From assembly GCA_963805085.1 (NCBI GenBank), contig CAWDTA010000005.1, positions 608,001 through 672,000 on the forward strand: a stretch of 64,000 nucleotides of DNA. Direction: 5' to 3'. Under the pieces are notes generated by a model, which ran no database searches, was not told the DNA's origin, and saw only the letters and a program-made list of their open reading frames with translations. The position numbers and the translations under genes were made by a program. Positions 19,744-28,409 of this stretch are shown one piece after another (the stretch's first letter is position 1; each line of letters opens with the position of its first letter). This DNA comes from an uncultured Veillonellaceae bacterium (GTDB taxonomy: Bacteria > Bacillota > Negativicutes > JARBTT01).

Positions 19744-20358
19744 ATGGCACAAATAAAGCAGAAAATTGGTATTATGGGGGGAACGTTTGACCCTATTCAT
19801 GTAGGACATCTCGTTACAGCGGAAGCAGTACGTAATGAATATGGTTTGGATAAGGTCCTGTTTATACCAGCGGCCAATCCACCTCATAAACAGAATCAAA
19901 AAGTTACGCCAGCAATTCATCGCTATATTATGACAGCTATGGCAACATATTCTAATCCTTATTTCCATGTCTCATCAATCGAATTAGACCGTCCGGGTCC
20001 ATCATATACGATTGACACCATCTATGAATTGATTGATAAATTTGGACCACAAACGGAAATATATTTTATTACGGGTGCAGATGCGATTCAAGAGATTCCA
20101 ACATGGGATAGGATTGAAGAACTTTTAGGATTATGTCAGTTTATAGCGGCAACTAGGCCTGGTTGTGTACCTAGTGTAGATAACATTAAAGAATACTTTG
20201 GTGAATTAGGTGGGAGTCGTATTCATCGTTTGAATACACCTGAACTTGAGATATCATCTACAGATATTCGGGCGCGTATCAAAAATGCGTGTTCAATTAA
20301 ATATATCGTACCGGAAAGCGTCGAGAATTATATTATTAAAGAAGGCTTGTATTTGTAA
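19744..20358 (+). CDS. nadD: nicotinate-nucleotide adenylyltransferase
   Basis: GGTFDPIHVGH, SYTIDT, ISSTDIR. Confidence 0.96.
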   Translation: MAQIKQKIGIMGGTFDPIHVGHLVTAEAVRNEYGLDKVLFIPAANPPHKQNQKVTPAIHRYIMTAMATYSNPYFHVSSIELDRPGPSYTIDTIYELIDKFGPQTEIYFITGADAIQEIPTWDRIEELLGLCQFIAATRPGCVPSVDNIKEYFGELGGSRIHRLNTPELEISSTDIRARIKNACSIKYIVPESVENYIIKEGLYL

Positions 20359-20445
20359 GTGGCAAATAAAGGCAGGCATATTTTTTATGGATTGGCAAAT
20401 AATTATATTGCAGGTGCAAAGTCCATAGAAAGAGAGGTGAACGAT

Positions 20446-20697
20446 ATGACAAAAACTCTCTATGTCGGCAATCTACCATGGTCAACTACCGATACTGCTT
20501 TAAGTGAAGCATTTGGCGAATATGGCAGCGTAGTATCAAGTAGAATTATTACTGACCGAGAAACTGGTCGTTCAAGAGGTTTTGGTTTCGTTGAAGTTGA
20601 TGATAGTGATGTAGATACTATAGTGTCTGCAATGAATGGTTCAGACTTTGACGGTCGTCAAATTGTAGTCAATGAAGCGAAAGCTAGACAAGACTAG
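20446..20697 (+). CDS. single-RRM RNA-binding protein (83 aa)
   Basis: RNP2 LYVGNL and RNP1 RGFGFVE; ATG after GAGAGGTG. Confidence 0.92.
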   Translation: MTKTLYVGNLPWSTTDTALSEAFGEYGSVVSSRIITDRETGRSRGFGFVEVDDSDVDTIVSAMNGSDFDGRQIVVNEAKARQD

Positions 20698-20708
20698 AGC
20701 ATAATGTG

Positions 20709-20793
20709 AAGCCTTCTGTGATATCGTAGTTTTAGAGTAAAGATATGGTATTATTAATCTTTCAAGACTATGACTATTTTTAGAAGGCTTTTT
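20709..20793 (+). terminator. long three-segment hairpin/terminator after RRM gene
   Basis: AAGCCTTCT/AGAAGGCTT, TCGTAGTTTT/AAGACTATGA, AAAGAT/ATCTTT nested stems plus T-tract. Confidence 0.65.
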
Positions 20794-20862
20794 GTTTGCT
20801 TTTATTTATTGCAGGATATTAATAACATTTAGCGAATTTTAGCATAAAGAAGGTGATTTTAT

Positions 20863-21426
20863 ATGGATTATGCAGAGTGCAAGGCTGTTTTATCAACCAA
20901 ACTTACAAAAGAACGTTATAAACATTCGCTAGCTGTAAGTAGTACTGCTGAACAATTGGCAAAGCGATTTGGCGTTTCTTCGGAAAAAGCAAAATTAGCG
21001 GGTCTAATGCATGACTGCGCAAGAGAATTTCCGACGAAGAATTTTATTGAAATTGCAGAAAGTATGAAGATTCCCGTGGGGGAAATAGAACATCATGCAC
21101 CGATTTTATTACATGCCCATATTGGGGCAAAGTTGATTAAATCGGAGTACCAAATTGACGATGAAGAAGTTCAAGCTGCAATTTGTTTACATACAACTGG
21201 TGGAAAAAATATGACTAAATTGGATAAAATTATTTACCTAGCAGATTTGATTGAACCCAACCGTGAGTTTAGTGAAGTTACTTATTTAAGAGAACTAGCA
21301 GAAAAAAATTTGGACCGAGCATTGTTTGAGGCTTTTAATCAATCCATTCTGCATGTAATCAAAGGAAACCAAGTTGTGCATCCATATACAATTATTGCTC
21401 GTAATGAAATGCTGCTAAAGGAATAG
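20863..21426 (+). CDS. yqeK: HD-domain Ap4A hydrolase YqeK
   Basis: RYKHS, GLMHDCA, LLHA, HTTG, YLADLIEPNR. Confidence 0.93.
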   Translation: MDYAECKAVLSTKLTKERYKHSLAVSSTAEQLAKRFGVSSEKAKLAGLMHDCAREFPTKNFIEIAESMKIPVGEIEHHAPILLHAHIGAKLIKSEYQIDDEEVQAAICLHTTGGKNMTKLDKIIYLADLIEPNREFSEVTYLRELAEKNLDRALFEAFNQSILHVIKGNQVVHPYTIIARNEMLLKE

Positions 21427-21432
21427 TTTTTA

Positions 21433-22443
21433 ATGAGAAATGATAGGGAAGTAAAAGATAGCAAGGGTAGTCCAAAGAAAAAACGCCGGATTTGTTGGGG
21501 CAGAATATTTATTTTTATCATAATACTAAGTTCTATTATTGGAACATTGGCATGGGCATCCTATAGTGCATATGTTGTGCTCAAAGATGTTTATACTAGC
21601 TATAGTATGATTTTCGACGAATTTCAAAAGAAAGAAGAAGTGCAGACTAAGTTCCAAAATGAAAAATTTAATAATTATACTAATGTACTGTTAGTGGGAA
21701 TTGATGATGGTGATAAGGATATTGAAGGTTCGCCTAGGCACGCTGATAGTGTCATTTTAATAAGTATTCATCATACCGATGGGAGTATTCGAATCTTGTC
21801 CATTCCTTGTGATACGCAAGTAAGTATTCCGGGGCGGCAGGAGCTAGATACCGTTAAGCAATCGTATTTCTATGGTGGAACGCAATTACTGCTTAGGACG
21901 GTAGAAGAATTTTTACAAATACCAATCAATCAGTTTATTGTCGTTGATAGTAAAAGCTTTATTGATATGATGGATAGCCTGGGGGGACTGGACCTTTATG
22001 TAGAAAATGATATGGATTATGAGGACCCTTCTGCAGAATTTCAAATTCATTTAAAGAAAGGTTTTCAACATTTAGATGGTAATGCAGCAGATCAATATGT
22101 TCGTTATTGTAGTGATGAACTTGGTGATGTTGGCAGAGTTCAAAGGCAGCAGCGTTTTTTGAAAGCTTTTTTTTCAGAAATGATTCATACTGATAAGCTG
22201 ACCAGAATTCCGAATTGCATTAAGGTTGCTAATAATCAGGTTATGACGAGTTTCGCAATGCTTGATGCAGTGCATTTAATGAAAAACTTAAAAAGCTTTA
22301 GTCCGGAACTTGTCAAAACAGAAATGCTTCCGGGAACCTTGGTGAATGTGAAGTATTGGCAGCCGGATCAAGTCGCCATACAACAGGTTTTAGCTGCTAT
22401 GTTTAAAGATGAAGCAAATGATCAAAATAGTATAACAAAATAA
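21433..22443 (+). CDS. LCP (LytR-CpsA-Psr) family protein, possibly degenerate
   Basis: N-terminal TM, NVLLVGID, SIPCDT, GFQHLDG, DVGRVQRQQ. Confidence 0.88.
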   Translation: MRNDREVKDSKGSPKKKRRICWGRIFIFIIILSSIIGTLAWASYSAYVVLKDVYTSYSMIFDEFQKKEEVQTKFQNEKFNNYTNVLLVGIDDGDKDIEGSPRHADSVILISIHHTDGSIRILSIPCDTQVSIPGRQELDTVKQSYFYGGTQLLLRTVEEFLQIPINQFIVVDSKSFIDMMDSLGGLDLYVENDMDYEDPSAEFQIHLKKGFQHLDGNAADQYVRYCSDELGDVGRVQRQQRFLKAFFSEMIHTDKLTRIPNCIKVANNQVMTSFAMLDAVHLMKNLKSFSPELVKTEMLPGTLVNVKYWQPDQVAIQQVLAAMFKDEANDQNSITK

Positions 22444-22504
22444 TTTTTAGCGATACTTCTTATCATAACGATAACTATAATAAAAATTTTTTAGGAGGAA
22501 TTAT

Positions 22505-22855
22505 ATGTTTAATACAACAGAAGAGATGAGTAAAGCAATTGCAGAGGCTGCGAGCAATAAAAAAGCAAGAGATATTGTTATTTTAGATATGACGAAATTA
22601 ACGATGGCAACAGATTATTTTATTATCTGTAGTGCGACATCGACTACGCAAGTCAAGGGGATTGCTGATAATATTGAAGATGAATTAGCGGAAAAAGGTG
22701 TGTTCTTTACCCATAAAGAAGGGTATCGTGAAGGCAACTGGATATTGCTTGATTATGGTGACTGCGTTGCGCATATATTCATTGATGAGGATAGACAGTT
22801 CTACAATTTAGAGCGATTATGGGCGGATGCACCAACAACGCATTATGAGGATTAA
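22505..22855 (+). CDS. rsfS: ribosome silencing factor RsfS
   Basis: KKARDI, DYFIICS, WILLDYGD, FYNLERLW. Confidence 0.96.
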   Translation: MFNTTEEMSKAIAEAASNKKARDIVILDMTKLTMATDYFIICSATSTTQVKGIADNIEDELAEKGVFFTHKEGYREGNWILLDYGDCVAHIFIDEDRQFYNLERLWADAPTTHYED

Positions 22856-22863
22856 AATTTACT

Positions 22864-23736
22864 ATGGAAAATAATGAAATAATAAAATTAAAACCAAGCA
22901 CTGTTGAAACTTTAAAAGTTGTTAGAGCCAGTGAAATGGGTGCATTTTTAGATGCGATGACGGGAAATACTTCTGATGATATCTTGCTTCATAAAACGCA
23001 GCAAACCAGTAGCGTTGAAATTGGCGATGAAGTCGAAGTGTTTCTATACCTAGATCCGAAAGGGCGTTTGACGGCAAGTATGCGAACCCCAAAAATGAGA
23101 GAAGGCCAAATTGCTAGAGTTAAAATTATCAATGTTAGCAAAGATGGTGCTTTCGTTGATGTGGGGGCAGAACGTGGTATTTTCATGCCATATGCCGGAA
23201 TGCGTGGTAAATTACAAATTGGTGAAGTCGTATGGTCAAAATTATATACTGATAAATCAGGGAGACTTGCGGTGACGATGGAGGTCGAAGATGAGCTTCG
23301 GCGTGCCTCAAAACCAGCAGAAGTCAATGTTGGCGATATGGTCCATGGGACTGTTTACAACTATACCGATCAGGGGGCTTTCATCTTTACGGATGATCGC
23401 AATATTGCTTTTATGGATAATTGTGAAATTCCTGTAAGACCTAAGGTTGGACAAGAAATAACAGCGCGTGTTACCTTTTTACGCGAAGATGGTCGGATTA
23501 ACGTCTCTATGCGACCAATCAAAGAAAAAGCAATCTCAGTGGATGCTGAGAAAATTTTAAATTTGTTAAATGATCGTGATGGTAAAATGCCATACAGTGA
23601 TACAACTTCACCAGAAGTAATAAAAGAAAAGTTTAATATTAGTAAAGCGGCCTTTAAACGGGCGATTGGGTCACTAATTAAAAGTGGAGAAATCGAGCAA
23701 CGTGACGGTTGGACCTATTTAAAAGATGAACAATAA
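22864..23736 (+). CDS. cvfB: S1-domain RNA-binding protein CvfB/YitL
   Basis: tandem S1 repeats (GAFLD, GAFVDVG), C-terminal winged helix SKAAFKRAIGSL. Confidence 0.88.
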   Translation: MENNEIIKLKPSTVETLKVVRASEMGAFLDAMTGNTSDDILLHKTQQTSSVEIGDEVEVFLYLDPKGRLTASMRTPKMREGQIARVKIINVSKDGAFVDVGAERGIFMPYAGMRGKLQIGEVVWSKLYTDKSGRLAVTMEVEDELRRASKPAEVNVGDMVHGTVYNYTDQGAFIFTDDRNIAFMDNCEIPVRPKVGQEITARVTFLREDGRINVSMRPIKEKAISVDAEKILNLLNDRDGKMPYSDTTSPEVIKEKFNISKAAFKRAIGSLIKSGEIEQRDGWTYLKDEQ

Positions 23737-23872
23737 TTTATTGGTAATATGTGTTGGTTAATGCAGGAATTTATCGAAAGCATAGCGAACATTACACTAT
23801 AATTGGTAATTGATGAATTTTTTAAATAATTGGATAAATATTTGAATTTGCAATTGAGGTGGAGGAGCTTAT

Positions 23873-24814
23873 ATGAGTGATAATAAGGTTGTAGATAAAA
23901 AAGGTATATTATTAGAAACGGGTACCAATGAATTTGAAATTGTAGAATTTAATATTGGTGCAGTCAATTATGGTATTAATGTTGCAAAAGTCCGTGAAGT
24001 TATCACTAGGGTACCTGTAACGAAGATGCCACAGGTACATCCTTATGTAGATGGTTTATTTACATTACGTGGTCGTGTGATGCCACTCGTTAATTTACCA
24101 CGTTGTTTAAAAGAAGGTGGCGAGCAAGAACCTAAAAACATTATTGTAACAGAAATTAATGGCTACAATATGGGTTTTTTAGTTGACAATGTATCACGAA
24201 TTCACCGTATTTCTTGGACGGATATGGAGCCAGCACCAAATGTCGGTGATAATGCAATGGTAGTTGGTGTTATCAAAATGGCAGATAAAATTGTTCTGTT
24301 ATTAGATTTTGAAAAAATTATTGCGGAAATTAATCCTGAAGTTAACGTCAAACTTTCAACGTTTGAAGAGGCTAAGGATGAGGTGAAAGGTCAACGTGAA
24401 AATCAGAAAATTATTGTAGCCGAAGATTCGCCAATGCTTCGTGAATTATTGGTTGGTACGTTACATTCCGCTGGATATAATTTGGTTAGAGATTTTAGTA
24501 ATGGTAAATTAGCCTGGGAAGCTTTAGCCGCTATTGCTGAAAGTGATAAGCCAGTAGAAGAGGATGTTAGCATTGTAATTTCTGATATTGAGATGCCACA
24601 AATGGATGGGCATCATTTGTTAACATTAATTCGTGCTGATAAGAAATTGCGTGAATTACCAGTTGTGTTCTTCTCATCTTTAATCAATGAAGAGACGCGT
24701 CGTAAAGGTGATACGATTGGGGCCAATGGTCAAATTTCTAAACCAGAAATTGGTCAGTTAATTACCTTGATTGATAAATTAATCTTTGGTGAAGAAAAGG
24801 CTGAAGCAATCTAA
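23873..24814 (+). CDS. cheV: chemotaxis protein CheV (CheW plus receiver)
   Basis: GTNEFEIVEF, YGINVAKVREV, AEDS, ISDIEMPQMDG, FSSL, KP. Confidence 0.92.
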   Translation: MSDNKVVDKKGILLETGTNEFEIVEFNIGAVNYGINVAKVREVITRVPVTKMPQVHPYVDGLFTLRGRVMPLVNLPRCLKEGGEQEPKNIIVTEINGYNMGFLVDNVSRIHRISWTDMEPAPNVGDNAMVVGVIKMADKIVLLLDFEKIIAEINPEVNVKLSTFEEAKDEVKGQRENQKIIVAEDSPMLRELLVGTLHSAGYNLVRDFSNGKLAWEALAAIAESDKPVEEDVSIVISDIEMPQMDGHHLLTLIRADKKLRELPVVFFSSLINEETRRKGDTIGANGQISKPEIGQLITLIDKLIFGEEKAEAI

Positions 24815-24824
24815 AAAAATATTT

Positions 24825-24878
24825 CATATATAAGAGGCAAGCGGTTAATGGATATTAGTCGCTTGCCTCTTATATATG
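24825..24878. terminator. 25-bp stem hairpin after cheV
   Basis: CATATATAAGAGGCAAGCGGTTAAT-ggat-ATTAGTCGCTTGCCTCTTATATATG (2 G-U pairs). Confidence 0.7.
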
Positions 24879-24954
24879 CATAATTTTAATGAGATAGATG
24901 GATAAATAAATTTAGAGCATTTGTTTATACTACCTTATTAGGAGGTGGAATGAA

Positions 24955-25149
24955 ATGCATAATCAAGATATAAAATGCATGCTTGAAACTACATTAGAAG
25001 ATAAACAAGAGCATGTGAGAGACTATCAGGAATTTGCTGATAAAATTTATGATAGTGAGAGTGAAATTGCTAAGATGTTTAAACATTTCGCTGAGGGAGA
25101 AGCTCTTCATGCAGTAAAATTAAAAGAGGCGTTAGACAAATTGGTTTAA
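24955..25149 (+). CDS. small ferritin/rubrerythrin-like two-helix protein (64 aa)
   Basis: strong RBS AGGAGGTG; E..EHVRDY and FAEGEALH (ExxH) motifs. Confidence 0.75.
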   Translation: MHNQDIKCMLETTLEDKQEHVRDYQEFADKIYDSESEIAKMFKHFAEGEALHAVKLKEALDKLV

Positions 25150-25194
25150 ATAAGAAAGAGAACAATTTAGAAAATTGTTCTCTTTCTTATTTTT
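25148..25194. terminator. 21-bp perfect hairpin, probably bidirectional terminator
   Basis: AAATAAGAAAGAGAACAATTT-aga-AAATTGTTCTCTTTCTTATTT. Confidence 0.8.
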
Positions 25195-25238
25195 AGGCAA
25201 TAAAAAAACTCACATAAAATGTGAGTTTAAATAACGAA

Positions 25239-25315
25239 TGGTGGCGGCGCAGAGATTCGAACTCCGGACACTGCGGGTATGAACCGCATGCTCTAGCCAA
25301 CTGAGCTACGCCGCC
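25239..25315 (-). tRNA. tRNA-Met (CAT), elongator type
   Basis: GGCGGCGTAGCTCAG...TGCGG-TTCATAC-CCGCA...GTTCGAAT...CCA. Confidence 0.93.
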
Positions 25316-25318
25316 GAA

Positions 25319-25403
25319 TGGTGGATGGGGTTGGATTCGAACCAACGAAGGCGGAGCCGGCAGATTTACAGTCTGCTCCCTTTAGCCACTCGGGAACCCA
25401 TCC
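25319..25403 (-). tRNA. tRNA-Tyr (GTA)
   Basis: GCAGA-CTGTAAA-TCTGC anticodon arm, long variable arm, GGTTCGAATCC, CCA end. Confidence 0.96.
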
Positions 25404-25413
25404 ATTATTTAAC

Positions 25414-25489
<76 letters not shown>

Positions 25490-25509
25490 ACGTCTTAACG
25501 ACAATATTT

Positions 25510-25538
25510 ATTATAGGGTAATATCTAAAATGAGTCAA
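25510..25538 (-). promoter_or_regulatory. sigmaA promoter of tRNA operon
   Basis: TTGACT-17-TATAAT on minus strand. Confidence 0.85.
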
Positions 25539-25715
25539 TAGATTTTTTGAAAAAAATTTAGCAGTTTATAAATTAATTTTATATTATTTTAGATTTATCA
25601 GAATTTATTGTATTTTATAAGTGAGCATAAAAGGAGAATGATTGCTGTGTGACGAATTTAGAAATATAGATAAAAAGTTAAATAGTTAAATAGTTAAAGA
25701 ATATTTTAGTAGAAA

Positions 25716-26297
25716 GTGATAAAAAAAATGGCGCAAAAAAGTATTTGTGAAATATTATTTAAAGATAGTGTAATTATACCTTCAGTTAGAAATGTTGATG
25801 ATTTTAAATTTGCTTTGGCACATACGAAATCTGCAAGTATCATATTATTATTTGGTGATATTATTGTATTACCCTCCATCCTTCAAGAAGCTAAGAAATA
25901 TAATAAACGGGTTTTGGTGCATTTGGACTTGATTGGTGGTATTGGTAAAGATCGTTCTGGGATTCGATATCTCGCTAGGTTGGGTGTTAATAGTGCCATT
26001 ACAACAAAACCACAATTGGTTAAGTTTGCTCGTGAAGAAGGTATGATTGTTATCCAAAGATTATTTGTGATGGACTCAGAAGCTTTAAAATCTGGGATTA
26101 ACTTACTTAAAAGCTGCAATCCAGATGCCGTCGAAGTATTACCGGCTTCTATTCCTAAAAAAATTATTGATCAATTGGTAAAAGAAATAGGATTACCGGT
26201 GTTGGCGGGTGGTTTGATGCATACGATGGAAGACATAGAAACTGCCTTGAAAAATGGTGCGCAGGCAGTTAGTACCAGTAAGAAAGAGTTATGGTAA
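25716..26297 (+). CDS. glpP: glycerol-3-phosphate responsive antiterminator GlpP family
   Basis: VHLDLIGG, IQRLFVMDS, PDAVEVLP, PVLAGGL, AVSTS...LW; start may be ATG 25728. Confidence 0.9.
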   Translation: MIKKMAQKSICEILFKDSVIIPSVRNVDDFKFALAHTKSASIILLFGDIIVLPSILQEAKKYNKRVLVHLDLIGGIGKDRSGIRYLARLGVNSAITTKPQLVKFAREEGMIVIQRLFVMDSEALKSGINLLKSCNPDAVEVLPASIPKKIIDQLVKEIGLPVLAGGLMHTMEDIETALKNGAQAVSTSKKELW

Positions 26298-26361
26298 TTG
26301 AACTAAAATGTGTTTAGTAAAGAGATGATAAGAAATTTGTGGACTGAAAATAAATATGCAA

Positions 26362-26408
26362 AAACAAAGAAGCTATTGTAAAAATAAAATACAATAGCTT
26401 CTTTGTTT
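26362..26408. terminator. bidirectional terminator between glpP and lgt
   Basis: 19-bp perfect stem AAACAAAGAAGCTATTGTA/TACAATAGCTTCTTTGTTT. Confidence 0.8.
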
Positions 26409-26411
26409 AGT

Positions 26412-27227
26412 TTATGAATTTTTTAATTTATTTTTTTTAGTAACAGAGATAGGGGGCTGTTTCCCTTTGTAACCGCAGTAAATAAAACAGGCTAGCCCAA
26501 TAAAGAATACGAGTAAACTTGTCATTTGCGCGGATTTTAGAGATAATCCTAAGACTTGGTTAGTGTAATCACCACGTAAATATTCTAAAAAGAAGCGGGC
26601 GACTGAATATAACATGGTATAGAGAATAAAAGCTTGACCTTTTGCGTGAGAAGTTGTGCGGAAGATAAGAAGAATAGCAAATATGACGATATCAAGCTGT
26701 CCTTCCCAAATTTCTGCTGGCCACAAGGGTTGTCCACCATAGGTTTGATAGGCAAGTGTTGTTACTGGATAGATAATGCCATAAGAGGTTCCCGTTGGCG
26801 CTCCGAAAGCATCACCATTTAGCAGATTGGCAATGCGCCCAATCGATTGTCCTAAGATTATTGCTGGCGCCATGATATCTGCCAATGCCCAAGTGTCAAT
26901 ATTGTGACGTTTGGTGTAAATGATACCAACAATCGCCCCGAGTACGATGCCACCTTGAATTGCCATGCCACCTTGCCATACATTAAATATCTCAGTAATG
27001 TGATGTTGATAATAACCCCAATCGAAAAAAAACACATCCCACAATCTCGCCCCAATGATACCGCCAAGTCCGCAATAAATGCCCATATCAACGATGTGAT
27101 CTTGCCATCTACCATCTTGTTTTGCCAAGAAATATGCTACGCCAGTCGCGAGGATAATACTCATACTAAGTACTAGCCCATAGGCACGAATGGGAAAGTC
27201 ACCGATGAAAAAAAGATACTGATACAT
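26412..27227 (-). CDS. lgt: prolipoprotein diacylglyceryl transferase
   Basis: GARL, WQGGMAIQGG, GQSIGRIANLLNGD, RFFLEYLR; ATG after AGGAGG; minus-strand TTGCTT-17-TATAAT at 27272-27300. Confidence 0.93.
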   Translation of the reverse strand: MYQYLFFIGDFPIRAYGLVLSMSIILATGVAYFLAKQDGRWQDHIVDMGIYCGLGGIIGARLWDVFFFDWGYYQHHITEIFNVWQGGMAIQGGIVLGAIVGIIYTKRHNIDTWALADIMAPAIILGQSIGRIANLLNGDAFGAPTGTSYGIIYPVTTLAYQTYGGQPLWPAEIWEGQLDIVIFAILLIFRTTSHAKGQAFILYTMLYSVARFFLEYLRGDYTNQVLGLSLKSAQMTSLLVFFIGLACFIYCGYKGKQPPISVTKKNKLKNS

Positions 27228-27552
27228 ATTTCCTCCTAAAATTTTCATAGTTATGTCAATGTCTGATTAATATTATAGGAGATAATTTCGTAATAAGCAA
27301 TTCAACGGTCAAAGATTGATCTAAAAAGGTTTAGTAAAACAAGTAAGTTATAAATGTGAAAAACTAATCAGTTGGGCAGAACATGCTGAGATTTGTTTTA
27401 GATGAGCAAATTATATTGGAATTGTTAATTTTATTATGCTTACAATTCGCAATATAAAAATAATAAAAGTAGGGATACCGTTTATAGTATTCCTACTTTT
27501 GCTAATGTAAATTTGAAGGGGATACAAGAAAATAGCTTTTAAAGGAGAATAG

Positions 27553-27948
27553 TTACTTTACCGAGGCAGTCCATTCCTCAAAAGCTTTCAAGAGTTCCTC
27601 CTTGGTTTCACTGACAGTTCCACCATGCCATTCCTGTCCAGTATCATTGTCATACCAGGTTTCTTTGGTGCCGTAAGTTTCTGTTGGTAACAGTTTTTCA
27701 TTGACTGCACTCAGCATGCCGTCAAGTAGACTTTGTTTTAAACTTTTTCGTAGTAGTTTTGCGCCAGCTCTTTCGGTGGTGTTCACTTCGATGCCATCAT
27801 CAGAAGCATTGACTTCGATGTGACTAAGCAATTTGTTTTCATTGTTTGCTGTTAAAATAGCTTGTCTAGCTGCGTTAATTGCTTGGTCATGTGAAATGCT
27901 ATCGTCAATGACACTGATTCTGACATTGCCAATAATAAATTTGTACAT
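27553..27948 (-). CDS. hypothetical protein (131 aa)
   Basis: RBS AAGGAGG, protein-like composition, downstream hairpin ~27465-27500. Confidence 0.8.
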   Translation of the reverse strand: MYKFIIGNVRISVIDDSISHDQAINAARQAILTANNENKLLSHIEVNASDDGIEVNTTERAGAKLLRKSLKQSLLDGMLSAVNEKLLPTETYGTKETWYDNDTGQEWHGGTVSETKEELLKAFEEWTASVK

Positions 27949-28076
27949 AAAATCGCCTCCTTATGGGATTAATAAATCTTATGCAGATTAAAATCAGATA
28001 GAACAAAACAATTCACCAAGATAGCTTTTATTTTCCAATAGATCGTGGCGTGATCTTTAAAAATCATGCGAAAATA

Positions 28077-28106
28077 TTGACTTTAAAAGATTAGATACGA
28101 TATAAT
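28077..28106 (+). promoter_or_regulatory. sigmaA promoter of leuS leader
   Basis: TTGACT-18-TATAAT. Confidence 0.75.
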
Positions 28107-28156
28107 GATAAATAGTAATTTTGTGGTTATTATAATATTACATATTTTAAGCATAT

Positions 28157-28348
28157 TGAACTGATGAGATAGAGTAGTAAGCTAGAAGAGCAGTAGCAGA
28201 AAACTGGCGGTTGATGCAAGCCACACTGTAATTTAGTTGAACTCGCTATGGAGGTTATAAAAATAAAGAGAGGGTGGCTATGGCCACCAATCAGGGTGGT
28301 ACCGCGATATAATCGTCCTTGGCTTATGCCAGGGGATTTTTATTTTTT
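28157..28348 (+). promoter_or_regulatory. T-box riboswitch (Leu, specifier CUC)
   Basis: stem I with GAA-CTC specifier (28242-28244), T-box AGGGTGGTACCGCG (28293-28306), terminator CCTTGGC-ttat-GCCAGGG plus T-tract. Confidence 0.92.
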
Positions 28349-28409
28349 ATCATAGAATTTTAATTAAGATAGCATCTTTATGATTGCTAATATTCAAGGA
28401 GGCACAGGG

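Noticed and set aside
25676-25698. Short tandem repeat AGTTAAAT (about three copies) before glpP
   Set aside because: Too short and AT-rich to distinguish from chance; no spacers, not CRISPR.
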